Shown in pieces: positions 9,349 through 18,353 of a stretch of 64,000 nucleotides of DNA. A model generated the notes under the pieces. The model was not told the DNA's origin. It made no database searches and saw nothing but the letters and a program-made list of their open reading frames with translations. Position numbers and translations under genes: made by a program. This DNA is from an uncultured Candidatus Saccharibacteria bacterium (lineage in GTDB: Bacteria > Patescibacteriota > Dojkabacteria > J137). Location: contig OZ246402.1 in the NCBI GenBank assembly GCA_965230975.1, positions 800,859 through 864,858 of the forward strand, given 5' to 3'. How positions within the stretch are numbered: the stretch's first letter is position 1; each line of letters begins with the position of its first letter.

Positions 9349-9658
9349 TATATACAAACACTACCCAGATATAAACATAGAAGTAAACATTGAGAATAGC
9401 AAAACACAAAAATTTATGACTCAACTTGCTTGGGATTCTGGACTATTACCTACAAATTGGAATCAGTTCATAGAAGAAGCTGATAGACTAATCAGAGAAG
9501 AAAATGAGGTTGATTTTAAATAAATAATCAAAGAATGCTATATTTCAATTCATTAATCCAATTAAATACAAATTATTAGCAAAGTCTAGTTATTTAGTAA
9601 ATTTACAACTAAAAGTATTAAGTGCTATGATCTTTGAATAAATTATTAAACCACTAAT

Positions 9659-10009
9659 ATGGATTTTTTAAGACTTAGAAATTTTCCACAAGAGGAACAA
9701 TTAGAGTTACTAAGAAAACTTAGAATGTTACTAAGAAATTTAGAAAAAGGAACCTCTGATACCAGATTATCTAAAACACAAATTCAGTTTCTACATGGAT
9801 TCACTGGAGATGTAAGAAATTATATACGCTATCAAGGAAATCTTGGATCATTCGCTTTTATTTCATTTAACCGGTTAAATAGTAAGGGTCTTTACACAGA
9901 TCCTGATGGGAACACTAAAATGGAAGAACAAACTGCTGCAGAGATTGTACCAGAAATTTACGAAATAGGCATTCTGTTAGGTCTTTACGATATAGTCACC
10001 GAAGGTTAA
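9659..10009 (+). CDS. hypothetical protein
   Basis: 116-aa ORF with no recognisable motif. Confidence 0.4.
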   Translation: MDFLRLRNFPQEEQLELLRKLRMLLRNLEKGTSDTRLSKTQIQFLHGFTGDVRNYIRYQGNLGSFAFISFNRLNSKGLYTDPDGNTKMEEQTAAEIVPEIYEIGILLGLYDIVTEG

Positions 10010-10142
10010 ACCTTCTTATAATAACAAACATTGACTAACTAAAATTCAAAGAGTAATCATTTAGTGAGATTTACTAGAATTTTTATGACTTTCTTTTGAA
10101 TGAGGCATATTTTCTTTAAGTTTGAAAAAGAAGTTATAAAAC

Positions 10143-11267
10143 TTAGTTACAAACATTTGTAATAATAGGGTTGCCTCCTTCACATGCATACGGACTCTTA
10201 CTTACTAAAAACCTGGTTTGAGATTTGTTCACACAAGACCCCCAATTTGAATATGAAAAACCAGAGCAAATACGTTTATAAATCTTGTGATTTGTAAGTG
10301 CTATTTGCCCTAAATAGTAATGTTTGTCTTTTAAAGTTTTACTATAATTTGCATTATTTACATCAAATAAGTCCCTAATGTTCATTCCTAAACCTGAGTC
10401 AGTTGTTTTATAAATAAAAGTCAACATCCCAACAACCCTATCATTAGATTTAGCTAAATCTGCATATAGGTCAAAATTTCTAACTAATGAGTTTACAGTT
10501 CCACTATTGTAAGCAAAACCATCTGGAATCAACCAAATCTTCATTCTTTGTGGCAATTTTGCAACCATCTTATTAAAATATTCCATATACTTTGCAAAAG
10601 TTGCTTGAGGATATTGAGTAAAATAGTAATCAAAACCATAGTCTGTTATGTAATCTAAGATCCCAGCATAACTTGTTAATGCTTTTTCTAAAACATCATA
10701 ACCTTCAACAACCATTAGGTTTGTTTTTGGCAAATCAAATCTAATTTTAAGCAAAACCTTTAATAACTGATCTTTGCTAACTCCATTATAAAAAGGTTCG
10801 TCAAAATATATTGCATATATAGAATCCTCATAACCTTTTACACCTTCAAGAAAATCATTCCATCTTTTTTCCCAGTTAGATGCAAGTACTGCACCTTGAC
10901 CATTACCACCAGCTTTCAAGTCTGCAAAAAACACCCACTGAACACCTATTATCGCTTTCTGATAAGTATTGGTAAACGCTTGCATTTTTGCAGTCAAATC
11001 AGGTTTGTTTACCTCATAAATATTACCTTGTGCAGTTTTTATAATCACAGGAGCTGAAAAGTGCCCAATATTATTAGACCTAAGTTTATAACTTTCTTGA
11101 ATATATTCAACACTATCTAAACCCATATAACCAAAATATTTTAAATTTTGATTTGTTGAATATGCAGATGAGCTGTCTGGCGAGAGGTTGCTATTAACAA
11201 AAACTACTGAAAGCACTATTGAGCCTATAGTTAAGAAAACTATTAAAATTAGTAAAGATTTTCGCAT
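10143..11267 (-). CDS. secreted hypothetical protein, possible glycosidase-like, Cys-rich C-terminus
   Basis: N-terminal signal anchor (LLILIVFLTIGSIVLSVVFV). Many aromatic residues and a DEPFYNGVS motif. The C-terminus has four Cys. No confident family call. Confidence 0.45.
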   Translation of the reverse strand: MRKSLLILIVFLTIGSIVLSVVFVNSNLSPDSSSAYSTNQNLKYFGYMGLDSVEYIQESYKLRSNNIGHFSAPVIIKTAQGNIYEVNKPDLTAKMQAFTNTYQKAIIGVQWVFFADLKAGGNGQGAVLASNWEKRWNDFLEGVKGYEDSIYAIYFDEPFYNGVSKDQLLKVLLKIRFDLPKTNLMVVEGYDVLEKALTSYAGILDYITDYGFDYYFTQYPQATFAKYMEYFNKMVAKLPQRMKIWLIPDGFAYNSGTVNSLVRNFDLYADLAKSNDRVVGMLTFIYKTTDSGLGMNIRDLFDVNNANYSKTLKDKHYYLGQIALTNHKIYKRICSGFSYSNWGSCVNKSQTRFLVSKSPYACEGGNPIITNVCN

Positions 11268-11463
11268 AATTAAAAATGATATTTATCTATTGATTCTATT
11301 TAATATTTATTTAAATTACAACAAAAAATAGATATTAAATTTCAATTTAATATTCGCAACTGTACAAATAAATCGAATGCACCTTTCTGTTAATAGTATC
11401 AATTGACGAACTGATACTATAGGCGTAATATCAATATAACGTATTTTTAATATTTATATTTTT

Positions 11464-12432
11464 ATGGATAAAAACATCCATTCAATAATAGAAAGAATCA
11501 CTGGGGCGGTGTTTCTAATATTCTTAGGTTGCATACTTTTACTAAACTCAACAGGTGCATTGCCATGGAGTATTTGGGGTAATCTGTTTATGACTTTTTT
11601 TAGAATATGGCCAATATTCTTAATATTTGCAGGGTTTCAAATAATATTTTCTAGCAATAAAATTGCCAAAAGCGTTTTTGATATTGCATGGACAATATTA
11701 ATTATTGGAATATTCTCACTATCTATACTTGCATCTATTGGCAAAATAACATTGCCTGAGTGGACAAATAGTATTGGATGGAATTTAAGCTTTACCAATG
11801 CAAATTCTGTAACTCAAACCCAAGAATTAAAGTTTGAAGATTATCAAGACGTTTCAACTTTAGCTTATGAAATAAACGTACAGGCTGGAGAATTCAATTT
11901 AAGCTCAACTGATAGTTCGAATGCATACCTTACAACTAAGGCAGAATACAAAGAAAATATTGGAACTCCCAAAAGTGTCGTAGAACAAACTGGCTCTGAC
12001 ATGCTTATTAAGTTTTATCAAGAATTTGAAGGGATTGCATTTGGTGCTAGCAATTTCAAATACGATTTAACATTAGATTCTAACGATAAACCTACCAAAA
12101 TAGATGCTCAAGTAACAGCTGGTGATTTAAAAGCAGACTTAAGTCTACTAAAATTAACAGACTTAAAATTTTTAATGACGGCAGGTGATGCAAGAATTAA
12201 AGTAGGAGAAGAGGTTAAAGATATCAATGTTAAAGTAACAGCTGGAAAATTAACTTTATTAGTTCCAGAAATTTATAGACTTGAAATTGATGCAAATTCT
12301 ACAGCAGGCGATATTGATGTAGATGGGAAAGAGATAAATAGCGGTTCTACTGTTATAAACTCAACTGGAGAAAAAACATTAAAACTTGATTTAACTCAAA
12401 CTGCAGGTTCTATTGAAATAGAAAGAATTTAA
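11464..12432 (+). CDS. LiaF-like membrane protein with C-terminal DUF4097/adhesin-like beta-repeat domain
   Basis: N-terminal multi-TM region, then repeated VTAGDLKADLS / VTAGKLTLLVP / STAGDIDVDG beta-strand repeats typical of LiaF-C/DUF4097 domains. Confidence 0.5.
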   Translation: MDKNIHSIIERITGAVFLIFLGCILLLNSTGALPWSIWGNLFMTFFRIWPIFLIFAGFQIIFSSNKIAKSVFDIAWTILIIGIFSLSILASIGKITLPEWTNSIGWNLSFTNANSVTQTQELKFEDYQDVSTLAYEINVQAGEFNLSSTDSSNAYLTTKAEYKENIGTPKSVVEQTGSDMLIKFYQEFEGIAFGASNFKYDLTLDSNDKPTKIDAQVTAGDLKADLSLLKLTDLKFLMTAGDARIKVGEEVKDINVKVTAGKLTLLVPEIYRLEIDANSTAGDIDVDGKEINSGSTVINSTGEKTLKLDLTQTAGSIEIERI

Positions 12433-12452
12433 TTATTTATTAATATTATATT

Positions 12453-13133
12453 ATGAAGTCAGATACTTTAACTAAGCTAATAATTGGAGGTTTTTTAATC
12501 TTCTTAGGATTAGGGTTTTTAGGTGACCAAATACCTGGTGTAAATTTTGGCAGAATCTTTGCAATCTTTTGGCCGGTAGTGGTTATGTTAATTGGCTTAT
12601 ACATTATTTTAAAGACAAGAAGTCAGTTTTTTATTGGATCTATTGTAATGTTGTTGGGAGGGCTTTGGTTAGTAGATCAATTTATTGACTTACCATTTTC
12701 TATTTGGAATTTATGGCCTTTAGTTTTAATAGTTATAGGTTTAAGAATAATTTTCCCTGGTAAGGGTGGTAAATTTAACTATATTAACTCAAGTACTGTA
12801 ACAGACGATACTTTTGAATCTACAGCGGTTTTTTGGGGAGATAGTAGAAAAATAAAAAGCGAAAATTTAAAGATGGGTAAGATTACAGCAATTTTTGGAG
12901 GGAGTGAAATTGACTTAAGAGATGCAAATATTGCAAAAGATGGTGCAAATGTCGAGATTGTGGCAATGTTTGGTGGTGTTAGTGTTAAGGTTAACGAAAA
13001 TACTTTGGTAAAAAGTGATGGGTTAGGTGTATTTGGTGGATTTGAAGATAAATCTGCAAAACCAGCTAAGCCAAATGGGACAATAGTTATTAAAGGTTCT
13101 GCAATTTTTGGTGGAGTAGAGGTGAAGAATTAA
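12453..13133 (+). CDS. cell-wall-active antibiotic response protein LiaF-like (DUF2154)
   Basis: N-terminal TM helices. C-terminal ...ITAIFGGSEIDLRDANI...VEIVAMFGGVSVKV...GSAIFGGVEVKN repeat pattern characteristic of the LiaF C-terminal domain. Confidence 0.6.
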   Translation: MKSDTLTKLIIGGFLIFLGLGFLGDQIPGVNFGRIFAIFWPVVVMLIGLYIILKTRSQFFIGSIVMLLGGLWLVDQFIDLPFSIWNLWPLVLIVIGLRIIFPGKGGKFNYINSSTVTDDTFESTAVFWGDSRKIKSENLKMGKITAIFGGSEIDLRDANIAKDGANVEIVAMFGGVSVKVNENTLVKSDGLGVFGGFEDKSAKPAKPNGTIVIKGSAIFGGVEVKN

Positions 13134-13171
13134 TAGATTTATTTGATTCTAGGATTTCTTTAGAAATTTAT

Positions 13172-13204
13172 ACCGTCTCGATTTATCGAGACGGTATTTT
13201 TTTG
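13172..13204. terminator. rho-independent terminator, bidirectional between convergent genes
   Basis: ACCGTCTCGA-TTTA-TCGAGACGGT, a perfect 10-bp stem, followed by TATTTTTTTG. Confidence 0.8.
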
Positions 13205-13221
13205 AAGAATATGCGAAAAAA

Positions 13222-13509
13222 TTAGGACTCTTTACTATTTGGAATAATAACTAGACCTAATTCTGTTGATCCATCAAATTTAACATCAAAGTCCTCTTGT
13301 GACACAGGTGTGCCTAATAGGTTTGGAGATTGGGCCATTTCTGTTTGTATACCCATTGCGGTTCTCCATCTTAAAAGAAATAAAGTTCTAATAAATTGTA
13401 TTCTTTTCTCATCAGGTAAATTCAATATATCCTGTTTATCTTGAGCACTTAAGCGTGCAAACATTCGCATTGCACTCTCGTCATTAAAAAATGAGGGGAA
13501 ATCTTCCAT
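13222..13509 (-). CDS. hypothetical protein
   Basis: 95-aa ORF with no motif. Confidence 0.4.
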   Translation of the reverse strand: MEDFPSFFNDESAMRMFARLSAQDKQDILNLPDEKRIQFIRTLFLLRWRTAMGIQTEMAQSPNLLGTPVSQEDFDVKFDGSTELGLVIIPNSKES

Positions 13510-13594
13510 AATTCTAAATTAAATATTATATATAATATAGCATATCAGATTTAACCCATATAACTTAAATTATTAGTAATTAGTTCTTAACACT

Positions 13595-13672
13595 ACATAA
13601 ACAGTGTCAAAACAGTGCTAAATCTGGTTGATTTTAGGTCGGATTTAGCACTACTTCAGCACTGTTTATGTA
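13595..13672 (+). repeat. ~78-bp nested palindromic intergenic element, copy A
   Basis: Outer inverted repeat ACATAAACAGTG...CACTGTTTATGT. Inner inverted repeat CAGTGCTAAAT...ATTTAGCACT. Homologous to copy B at 15656-15732 in the same orientation. Confidence 0.7.
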
Positions 13673-13740
13673 TCCATCTAATTGTAATATTTCAAATAAG
13701 TTCATTTAACAAAATAGCTATAAATTAAATCTTTACTATC

Positions 13741-14475
13741 ATGTATAATTACTATATGGGTAAACTCTCAATAAAAATTGCATTCACAGAGGATGAATAT
13801 CTAGAATTCTACAACATTTATACAGATGCATTTAAAAATGAACCTGACGAAATTTTTAGCAAAGAAGAAGTACTCAAGTGGATAGATGAAACGGAAGACT
13901 ATGCAAATACCAAAATCTTTTTACTTTTAAAAGACAATATAACAGTTGGATTTGCAATATTGATGCATAAAGATGGAATAGGAAACATACCTTGGGCTGG
14001 AATAAAGTCCCAATATCAGGGCCATGGATTATATTCTCAATTTATTAACCTAATGATAGATACTATTTTTAATGAGTTAAACATTAATATTCTTACAAGA
14101 GAGTGTGATAACCCAGAAGTATTAGAAGGCAATGTAAAAAAGTTTGCTATAAAAAGATTGTCTATGTTTAGAGAAAAACTAAATAGTAAATTTTATAATA
14201 ACAACGAGTTTGTATATTTTAGAGAAGACCCTAAATCACCAAACGAAAGAACTTATAAGTACTTGTTTGGATTCACACTATTAAAACCTAATTCAAACTG
14301 GGAAATTACTAATAATAAAGTTAGTAAAAAAGATTTTAAGAAATTAGTTCAATATAGAATTTTCTTTGAAAGAGGTATTTTTGAAATTGAAAAACAATTA
14401 CAAAGTAACCCGGTTGTTAAAGATTTATACCAAGAGATTGATAACTTGAAAGAGGAGTATTTAACTATAGAATAA
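13741..14475 (+). CDS. GNAT-family N-acetyltransferase-like protein
   Basis: VGFAIL...GIKSQYQGHGLYSQFINLMID resembles GNAT motif A (Q/R-x-x-G-x-G/A) and its beta4-alpha3 region. This is a weak call. Confidence 0.4.
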   Translation: MYNYYMGKLSIKIAFTEDEYLEFYNIYTDAFKNEPDEIFSKEEVLKWIDETEDYANTKIFLLLKDNITVGFAILMHKDGIGNIPWAGIKSQYQGHGLYSQFINLMIDTIFNELNINILTRECDNPEVLEGNVKKFAIKRLSMFREKLNSKFYNNNEFVYFREDPKSPNERTYKYLFGFTLLKPNSNWEITNNKVSKKDFKKLVQYRIFFERGIFEIEKQLQSNPVVKDLYQEIDNLKEEYLTIE

Positions 14476-14476
14476 A

Positions 14477-15439
14477 TCAAAAGCTTGCTACCTTATTCTT
14501 AATTAATTCTTTTATAGATTCTAATGAATCTATATCATAAACAGAGCAAGTTAATACATCTTTATTAACCATTTTTAATTCTTTTAATTTTTGAGCAACT
14601 ACATCTGGTTTTACTAAATCTGTTTTAGTTAACAACACAACTTCTGGCTTGTTATATAAATCCAAGTCAATATTCTTAAGCTCAGCTCTAATTTTTTTGT
14701 ATTCTTCAACAACGTTTTCGTTTTCACAACTTACTAAGTGCATAACAAACTTTGCACTTCGGGTATGTTTAACAAAACTTGTACCTAAACCTTTACCTTC
14801 AAAGGTGCCTTCAATTAGTCCCGGCAAGTCCATAATGGTGATTCCGTTAAGTCTACCTAGTTGAGGGTTTAAAGTTGTAAAGGCGTAAGATGCAACTTTG
14901 CTTTGTGCGTTTGTAATCGAATTTAACAGTGAGGACTTGCCGGCGTTGGGAAACCCTATTAAAAGCACATCACTATATAGTTCTAATTCTAAATTGGCAT
15001 CTAAAACTTCACCTTCTTTTCCTTCATCAGATCTATGCAAATTTTCAATTCCTTTTGTTCTGTAAAAATGATTACCTAAACCACCAAGGCCACCCTTTAC
15101 TATTAATTCTCTTTGTCCATCTTTAGATATAGAAAATAATAAATTGCCGTGTTTATCATAAATGTTCGAGGTTAAAGGAACCTTCATTATAATATCTTTA
15201 CCGTTTTTTCCTGTAAGATTTTTGTCACCTCCTGGTTGGCCGTTTTCTGCTTTGATTGTAAAGTCTAAGTATATTGAGTTTAAATCATAAGTAATTGCAG
15301 ATCCTTCTACATAAATGGAACCACCATTGCCCCCAATTCCTCCTTCTGGGTTTCGACCTTTGTAAAAGGCAATGGCTCCGTGGCCACCTTTGCCGGCAAT
15401 AAATTTTAATCCTATTTTGTCTTTAAATTTTTTATCCAT
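14477..15439 (-). CDS. obg: GTPase Obg
   Basis: N-terminal Gly-rich Obg fold (GGKGGHGAIAFYKGRNPEGGIGGNGG), G1 GFPNAGKSSLLN, G3 DLPGLIEG, G4 LTKTD. Confidence 0.9.
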   Translation of the reverse strand: MDKKFKDKIGLKFIAGKGGHGAIAFYKGRNPEGGIGGNGGSIYVEGSAITYDLNSIYLDFTIKAENGQPGGDKNLTGKNGKDIIMKVPLTSNIYDKHGNLLFSISKDGQRELIVKGGLGGLGNHFYRTKGIENLHRSDEGKEGEVLDANLELELYSDVLLIGFPNAGKSSLLNSITNAQSKVASYAFTTLNPQLGRLNGITIMDLPGLIEGTFEGKGLGTSFVKHTRSAKFVMHLVSCENENVVEEYKKIRAELKNIDLDLYNKPEVVLLTKTDLVKPDVVAQKLKELKMVNKDVLTCSVYDIDSLESIKELIKNKVASF

Positions 15440-15655
15440 AATTAATCTTATTGAAAATATTTAGTTACCGATTGTTGTATTTCTATAGGGTGCTACTATA
15501 ACATATTTACTTAATAAGTAGGATAGCAGATTTAAACAAAAATAGTAATTCAGTTTACAGTAAACTATAAACTGTTTTAAATTAAATAAAATTATCCTTA
15601 AATTGTGTAAGTGTTAATTTTCCTAGATAATAAGTCTGTTTTTTAAACGGTCATT

Positions 15656-15732
15656 ACAGAAACGGTGCTAATACAGTGCTAAAACAAAGCTAAAAACGGT
15701 CAAATTTAGCACTGTTATGACACTGTTTATGT
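15656..15732 (+). repeat. ~77-bp nested palindromic intergenic element, copy B
   Basis: ACAGAAACGGTG...CAGTGCTAAAA...AATTTAGCACTG...CACTGTTTATGT. Lies in the obg promoter region. Confidence 0.7.
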
Positions 15733-15814
15733 AGTGTTATGAGATACAACATTAGCTAAGTTCTTAGTTTAAGTATCAATATTTGTTTGGAGAGATAAAA
15801 CATCTCAAATATGA

Positions 15815-15845
15815 AGATATAAAACTGCCAGCATTTCGCTGGCAG
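15815..15845 (-). terminator. rho-independent terminator ending the minus-strand heliorhodopsin cluster
   Basis: Minus-strand hairpin CTGCCAGC-GAAAT-GCTGGCAG followed by TTTTATAT, 35 nt downstream of the heliorhodopsin stop. Confidence 0.7.
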
Positions 15846-15879
15846 TAATTTATCTTCAACAACTAGGATTTAGCAAATA

Positions 15880-16656
15880 TTATTGTGGCCTTAAAGTTCC
15901 GCTAAAGATTTGCCAAGCTAGGGCACTTTTAGCAACCAAACTTAAGATTATGTACATTCTTTCTCCAAAAATATAGCTTTTCCATGGTCCAACTTTTTTG
16001 TATTGCAAGAACATGTTTAAAGCAAATATATTAAAGAAAATGAATATAGAAGCCAAGATTGCGTATACAAAGCTTGGAATATTTGTACTTACAGATTGAA
16101 CTGCTCCGTAAAAATACATTCCAACTGCAACCCAAGGCACTATTCCTGCAAAGCAACCGAAAATGTAAGATGTCCAATTTGTTTTTTCTGTAGTTTGATT
16201 ATGAAGTTCCATCATTAAACCAAATAGGTTCATTGTTGCGTTTAAAGCAAATATTAAAATCAAGCTTGGTAAATCAAACATTCCGCACAATATTGCGATT
16301 GCTACAATCATTACGCTAGAACTTAATGCGTATTCGTACCATCTTAAATAGTTGATTTTCTTTTTTAAGTTTTTAACATACCATTCGTTTATTCCAGGCA
16401 ATATTATTAAAAAGTGAAAGAATGCAGATAAGAATAAGAATACTGCTATAAATTGACCTAGATTTAGTTTTAAAGCCTCTTGTGTCACCGGTAAAACTGT
16501 TCTTGCTTGAATATTAAAGTCTAGATATGTTGTTGTTAGTGGTATTTGAAAGTCTTTACTAACAAGCAACATCGCAATTCCTTGCACCAAGTGCAACACA
16601 AACATTACCGCATTGAATATGCGTAAGTTCTTAAATGTACGAGCTTCTTTATCCAT
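15880..16656 (-). CDS. heliorhodopsin (7-TM retinal protein, inverted topology)
   Basis: 258 aa with 7 TM helices. TM3 LRWYEYALSSSVMIV carries the counterion Glu, and TM7 YIILSLVAKSALAWQIFSGTL carries the Schiff-base Lys. Both are signature heliorhodopsin motifs, as is the GIVPW motif in TM5. Confidence 0.85.
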   Translation of the reverse strand: MDKEARTFKNLRIFNAVMFVLHLVQGIAMLLVSKDFQIPLTTTYLDFNIQARTVLPVTQEALKLNLGQFIAVFLFLSAFFHFLIILPGINEWYVKNLKKKINYLRWYEYALSSSVMIVAIAILCGMFDLPSLILIFALNATMNLFGLMMELHNQTTEKTNWTSYIFGCFAGIVPWVAVGMYFYGAVQSVSTNIPSFVYAILASIFIFFNIFALNMFLQYKKVGPWKSYIFGERMYIILSLVAKSALAWQIFSGTLRPQ

Positions 16657-16729
16657 AAATGGAATAAAAATAATAGGTAAGTACTATTATGGTAGATAAA
16701 TGCGGGAGGGAAGTCAAACTTTAAAAGGC

Positions 16730-17305
16730 TTAACCTTCTTTATTTAATTTATATTGTTCGTAAACTAAATCTTCTTCTTTTGCAGAGAGTAGATTCATCG
16801 ATTTTAATCCAGTAATAATTTCTAAAATTCCTTTTTTGCCTATTCCTATTACAGGAAACTCATCTGTACCATGCAATAACTGGTATTTTACATAACCCAC
16901 TAAATGATATTTCTTTCTTTTTAAAACATTATGATAAATTGTAGATAGATTTAATGTGTCAATACTTACAGAAGGGTATTTCTCACTATTATTTTCACCT
17001 ATCAAGCTAATTATAATTGACTCGGTGTTTTGTATATTTACGGTTTTTAAGACTAAACCCGCTTCTAATCTATCTATATACCCTCTGTTAAACAAATTAA
17101 CTATTAGGTCTTGATATGATTCTCTAAACCCACCTGGAATATCTACAAGACCACCATTTCTAAAGTATCTTAGTCGTTTTAGTAAATCAGCAATCGTATA
17201 AATCCCTTTAGATTTTAAATGATCAATAAAATTATCTGGTAGTTCTAAAACTGCAATATCTAAATTTGTATCTTTATTTTGTAAGTAATCTGGTTGTGAA
17301 CTCAT
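16730..17305 (-). CDS. RpoA alpha-CTD-like helix-hairpin-helix protein, paralog 3 (short)
   Basis: ...LIGENNSEKYPSVSIDTLNLSTIYHNVLKRKKYHLVGYVKYQLLHG...GIGKKGILEIITGLKSMNL parallels the RNAP alpha-CTD pattern LELTVRSANCLK..IHYIGDLV...LGKKSLTEIKDVL. An extra N-terminal HhH-like motif (IDHLKSKGIYTIADLL) is present. Confidence 0.55.
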   Translation of the reverse strand: MSSQPDYLQNKDTNLDIAVLELPDNFIDHLKSKGIYTIADLLKRLRYFRNGGLVDIPGGFRESYQDLIVNLFNRGYIDRLEAGLVLKTVNIQNTESIIISLIGENNSEKYPSVSIDTLNLSTIYHNVLKRKKYHLVGYVKYQLLHGTDEFPVIGIGKKGILEIITGLKSMNLLSAKEEDLVYEQYKLNKEG

Positions 17306-17339
17306 TTTATGGATATTAACTTGGTTGCATACTACTTTT

Positions 17340-18287
17340 CTATACTTCTAAAGGAATATCATATTTAGCTAATATTTGGATAAACTGATCTTGAGTAATA
17401 TACCCTTTCTGAATTAATTGGCTTGCTATCTCTTTAATTGATTTTTTTGAAAATTGGTTTAAAAGTAGTGGAGTTGATATTTCAAGCAACATGAATTTAA
17501 TCTCACCAACTGTGTGGTAACCATTTATGAATAAATTAAAGTGTAAACTTGAATCTAAGGATAGCGCACCCAATGGAATTTCCGGATATTCCTCGCTTGT
17601 ATTGGCTCCTAATAACCTAATTAAATCCAATTGTCCTGCACCTCTATTTAAACACTTAATGTATACTTCGGCTTCTATTCTGCTAAATAAGTTCATTTTA
17701 TAAAGTTTAGCAATACAGTCGCTAAAATCGTAAGGTGTAGAACCATTATCTATTCTTATTCCTCGCTTGACTAAAGACTTTAGAAGGTCCATAAGTTGAC
17801 CGACAGTATTAATATTGCTTTGATTGACAAGGCTTTGTAAGTCCTCATTTAAATCTAGCACACTTACATTGAGGGCTGCTGCATCTTCAGGGGATATTGG
17901 TTGACTTAGTAAGTAGTCTTTAAAGTCTGCTACTGTTAAGGTGGCAATATCGGGCAAAGTTTGTTGTATATCTGAAAGTAGTCTTATAACTTGTGCATGC
18001 TTTGTGGTATCTACTTCACCTTCATTTGCCAATACTTGGATTTTTGCTAATGCTAATGCTTTTATTGCTGGGAATTCCGGATTGATATTTGGGTTATTTG
18101 CTACATAGTTAAGGTAGCTAGCTATTGATATATCTGTAAAGCCGGCATCTAGTAATTGTTTTATTTGTAATTCCAAAACTGTATTACTTGTTGGGGGGAT
18201 TACATCCGGATCCTGTAATCGTGTATAAACTGGGAAATGCTGAAATGCCATATCAAGTTGAGTAATATGTATACTCGATATTAACAC
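17340..18287 (-). CDS. RpoA alpha-CTD-like helix-hairpin-helix protein, paralog 2
   Basis: Shares with its neighbours the motif block SRIEAEVYIKCL...LLGANTSEEYPEIPLGALSLDSSLHFNLFINGYHTVGEIKFMLL...SKKSIKEIASQLIQKGY. An internal HhH-like motif is also present (LQSLVNQSNINTVGQLMDLL). Confidence 0.55.
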   Translation of the reverse strand: MLISSIHITQLDMAFQHFPVYTRLQDPDVIPPTSNTVLELQIKQLLDAGFTDISIASYLNYVANNPNINPEFPAIKALALAKIQVLANEGEVDTTKHAQVIRLLSDIQQTLPDIATLTVADFKDYLLSQPISPEDAAALNVSVLDLNEDLQSLVNQSNINTVGQLMDLLKSLVKRGIRIDNGSTPYDFSDCIAKLYKMNLFSRIEAEVYIKCLNRGAGQLDLIRLLGANTSEEYPEIPLGALSLDSSLHFNLFINGYHTVGEIKFMLLEISTPLLLNQFSKKSIKEIASQLIQKGYITQDQFIQILAKYDIPLEV

Positions 18288-18353
18288 CTTGTTACTAATT
18301 TAGACAATCAGTTTTGTCATATCTTTTGCGTAACAAAGGTGGATAATTATTAG

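Noticed and set aside
9381-9533. 36-aa ORF downstream of tRNA-Arg, considered as a possible integrase or attachment-site remnant
   Set aside because: Too short. No integrase motifs and no direct repeat of the tRNA 3' end nearby.
14649-15126. Plus-strand ORFs (71 and 65 aa) inside obg
   Set aside because: Antisense to Obg, whose G-motifs and Gly-rich N-domain are unambiguous.
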